A stretch of DNA of 46,976 nt from a virus. Lineage: Duplodnaviria > Caudoviricetes. Below the pieces are notes generated by a model, which saw nothing but the letters and a program-made list of their open reading frames with translations, did not search any database and was not told the origin of the DNA. Every line of letters starts with the position of its first letter. Within the stretch, counting starts at the first letter, position 1. The DNA lies in the IMG/VR virus record IMGVR_UViG_3300048854_000023, positions 1-46,976 of that record; one strand, given 5' to 3'. This document shows positions 44,997 through 46,976 of this stretch, piece after piece. The position numbers and the translations under genes were made by a program.

Positions 44997-46517
44997 TTAC
45001 TCGGGGGATGCGATGTTTGGCAAATAGTCGAAGAAAATCCACATTGCCGTATAATCGGTATTGGGATTGATCTTCGCGGCGGTTGCGGCGTCGATTGTCA
45101 GGGGAAGCGTAATAGCCTCATCCTGCTTAACGTCAAGCTCGCCATTGCCCAGGCCGATAAGCGGCAAGTCGAAGACAAAGCCGGCGTTATCTTTGACGAG
45201 CGCCGTATTGATATTGCAGTCACGGTTTAGCCTGACAGCCTGGACGGCTTCAATCGTGGCGAAATACGCGGTTGCTTCCGCCGACACTTCGAACGTACCC
45301 GCCGAAATGCTGAAGCTCCCGAGAACGGCAACGGCTTTGTTGCCTTTGAGATTGTTCTTGATCGTGATTTTCAGCGATGACAGATAGGCGAAAAGCGGAT
45401 CGGGATTAGCGTCAGTCGGATCGATGATGTTAAGGCGCATCATCGCGAAATCGGTTGACGTGTTGTAAGCGTCACTCTCGACAAGCGAGAGCCGCGTTCC
45501 GCTCTTAACGCCGTCAGTCGCCGTCCGCTGTTCATTGTCCAGCGACATAAGGGTAACGTCCGCCGTCAACTTATCAGCCTGAGCGACGTTGAAAACGAAC
45601 GTGTCAATCATTGAGCCCGTCAGATATTCCGACTGAATAGCCGACGTATCCGCGTCATCAGGATTGCCAACCTGACGTTCGAATTGATACGAGCGCGGCT
45701 TGATCAAAGCGCCAAGTTCGTTCTTAAGAACGCGACCGAAAAAGATTTTGATGGTCTTTGCGGTACTGGCTTCCGCCGTCATCGTGGTTTGTGACAAGTC
45801 GATATGCCACGACGTACCGGCAACGGAGCCGATACGCTTAAACCCGTTGTTGGCTTCAGCCGCGAACGTATCAAGTCCGCCGTCGCCGCCAACAAAAACC
45901 CATTCCCCAGGGATGACGAGCGGAGCGAACGCGGCGGGGATGCCGGTAAACGTCGGAAGCGCGCCCGCAACGGTAACGTCAATCACGCCAGCCGCCGACG
46001 TGAACCCGACAAGGATAATACCGCTGTCAGCGGGCGGCGAAGCTTCAGCGACAAGGCCGGCAACTTCAACGTCGGTTCCGCCCGTAACAGCCGTGATGGT
46101 CTTCAAACCATTGTTTGCCGGCGTTGCAAAACCCTTCGCGAGAATGAGCCCGCCCGCCGCGAAGTCGCTTGCATCGTCCAGCACGTAAGCCGTACCGGAA
46201 ACGCTGTCAGGCGCGCCAGTTGCCTTTTCGCGGTAATCCGCGAACATGACACCTTGCAAAAGGTCTTGGAAATTGGTTTGCGTGAAATCTTGCTGATATC
46301 CGCCCTTTGCGTCGAGATCGGTAATCACGCCCTTTTTGCGCTGGCGCGACCGATTGATAGGATTGCGCGCCAGGAGCTTGAGCGCGCCGCCGAAACCGTT
46401 ATAAGAATTCGGCTCAGCGGGGCGCCAAATTGGCGTAACTGGCAATACACCCTGACGCTGTTCGAGCGCGTAAGCAAGGCCGGTTTCGTTGCTATCAATC
46501 GTGGTACGAATGGTCAT
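44997..46517 (-). CDS. Major tail tube protein
   Basis: IDSNETGL.YA.E, EPNSY..FGG and SRQRKKG.ITDLDA motifs. Confidence 0.88.
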   Translation of the reverse strand: MTIRTTIDSNETGLAYALEQRQGVLPVTPIWRPAEPNSYNGFGGALKLLARNPINRSRQRKKGVITDLDAKGGYQQDFTQTNFQDLLQGVMFADYREKATGAPDSVSGTAYVLDDASDFAAGGLILAKGFATPANNGLKTITAVTGGTDVEVAGLVAEASPPADSGIILVGFTSAAGVIDVTVAGALPTFTGIPAAFAPLVIPGEWVFVGGDGGLDTFAAEANNGFKRIGSVAGTSWHIDLSQTTMTAEASTAKTIKIFFGRVLKNELGALIKPRSYQFERQVGNPDDADTSAIQSEYLTGSMIDTFVFNVAQADKLTADVTLMSLDNEQRTATDGVKSGTRLSLVESDAYNTSTDFAMMRLNIIDPTDANPDPLFAYLSSLKITIKNNLKGNKAVAVLGSFSISAGTFEVSAEATAYFATIEAVQAVRLNRDCNINTALVKDNAGFVFDLPLIGLGNGELDVKQDEAITLPLTIDAATAAKINPNTDYTAMWIFFDYLPNIASPE

Positions 46518-46529
46518 TGTTTCGTTTCC

Positions 46530-46973
46530 TTAGTGAATTTGATCGTAAAGGAAATCCGCTATAACATTGCGTTGCTGCCAAAGCGAAACATTCGCCTGAA
46601 GTCCGCCGTTAATGTCGCGGTTAGCCTCTTGCACTCTCACATTGCGAAACCAAACACCGCTTGGTGTCGTCTTCCCTTCGTAGGCACCGACCACGATTTC
46701 AGCCGTATCATACGCTGAAAGTTCACTTGCATTCAAGGGCGTGAAGACCTGGACAATGATGCTTCCCGATCTATTCCATCTACGGCGCCCGATGACGTTC
46801 GCGAGGCTCGCTTGATTGCCGGTTGAGTGCTGACAACGCCACCTTGCCCACACAACGGAGTGGGCCGGAAGCTCGAAATTCTGATTAGGATAATCAGCAA
46901 GTCGCGGGTCCCAAGCATTACGAAACCGGGTTTCCATTTCCGCGACGGCGGTTGCCATTGTTACCGCCGTCAT
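46530..46973 (-). CDS. Tail terminator protein
   Basis: WAR...H..G.QASL, G...VQVFTP and GVWFRN motifs; upstream of the tail tube gene. Confidence 0.8.
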   Translation of the reverse strand: MTAVTMATAVAEMETRFRNAWDPRLADYPNQNFELPAHSVVWARWRCQHSTGNQASLANVIGRRRWNRSGSIIVQVFTPLNASELSAYDTAEIVVGAYEGKTTPSGVWFRNVRVQEANRDINGGLQANVSLWQQRNVIADFLYDQIH

Positions 46974-46976
46974 GGT

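Noticed and set aside
2804-46718. Long antisense ORFs (e.g. 2804-3544, 10375-11142, 31185-31907, 33488-34291, 45804-46718)
   Set aside because: They shadow well-supported genes on the opposite strand and show no recognisable motifs
1-46976. Integrase/lysogeny module, base-hypermodification genes, reverse transcriptase/DGR
   Set aside because: No tyrosine or serine recombinase, purZ/queuosine/thymidylate-synthase-like or RT motifs were recognised in any ORF

Overview
This window is an almost complete (~47 kb), circularly permuted genome of a tailed dsDNA siphophage. I see no integrase, no tRNA and no CRISPR array. The host is very probably an alphaproteobacterium, judged from CtrA-type TTAA-N7-TTAA boxes and near-absence of GANTC. 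The minus strand (24.5 kb to 1) carries an HTH gene, a primase-helicase, an AT-rich iteron-like origin, a ~10 kb cluster of small accessory genes (C5-methylase-like, Topo VI-A/JetD-like TOPRIM, stand-alone WYL, VRR-NUC, small membrane proteins and a lipoprotein), then lysis, terminase, portal and head genes. It continues from 46.97 kb to 34.65 kb with the tail genes. The plus strand (24.6-34.6 kb) carries DNA metabolism genes: AAA ATPase, SSB, Cas4-like exonuclease, C5 methylase, SF2 helicase, DEDD exonuclease, beta-clamp-like protein and family A DNA polymerase. The most notable observations are: (i) a set of CtrA-box promoters butted against upstream stop codons, plus a CtrA-like box in the putative origin; (ii) an RNA-like motif I do not recognise, present twice between a stop codon and a terminator; (iii) a pseudoknotted leader RNA starting at a CtrA-type promoter; (iv) a Pol A with His at the steric-gate Glu position; (v) strong GANTC avoidance. 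Protein calls rest on motif recognition and synteny, not on database searches.
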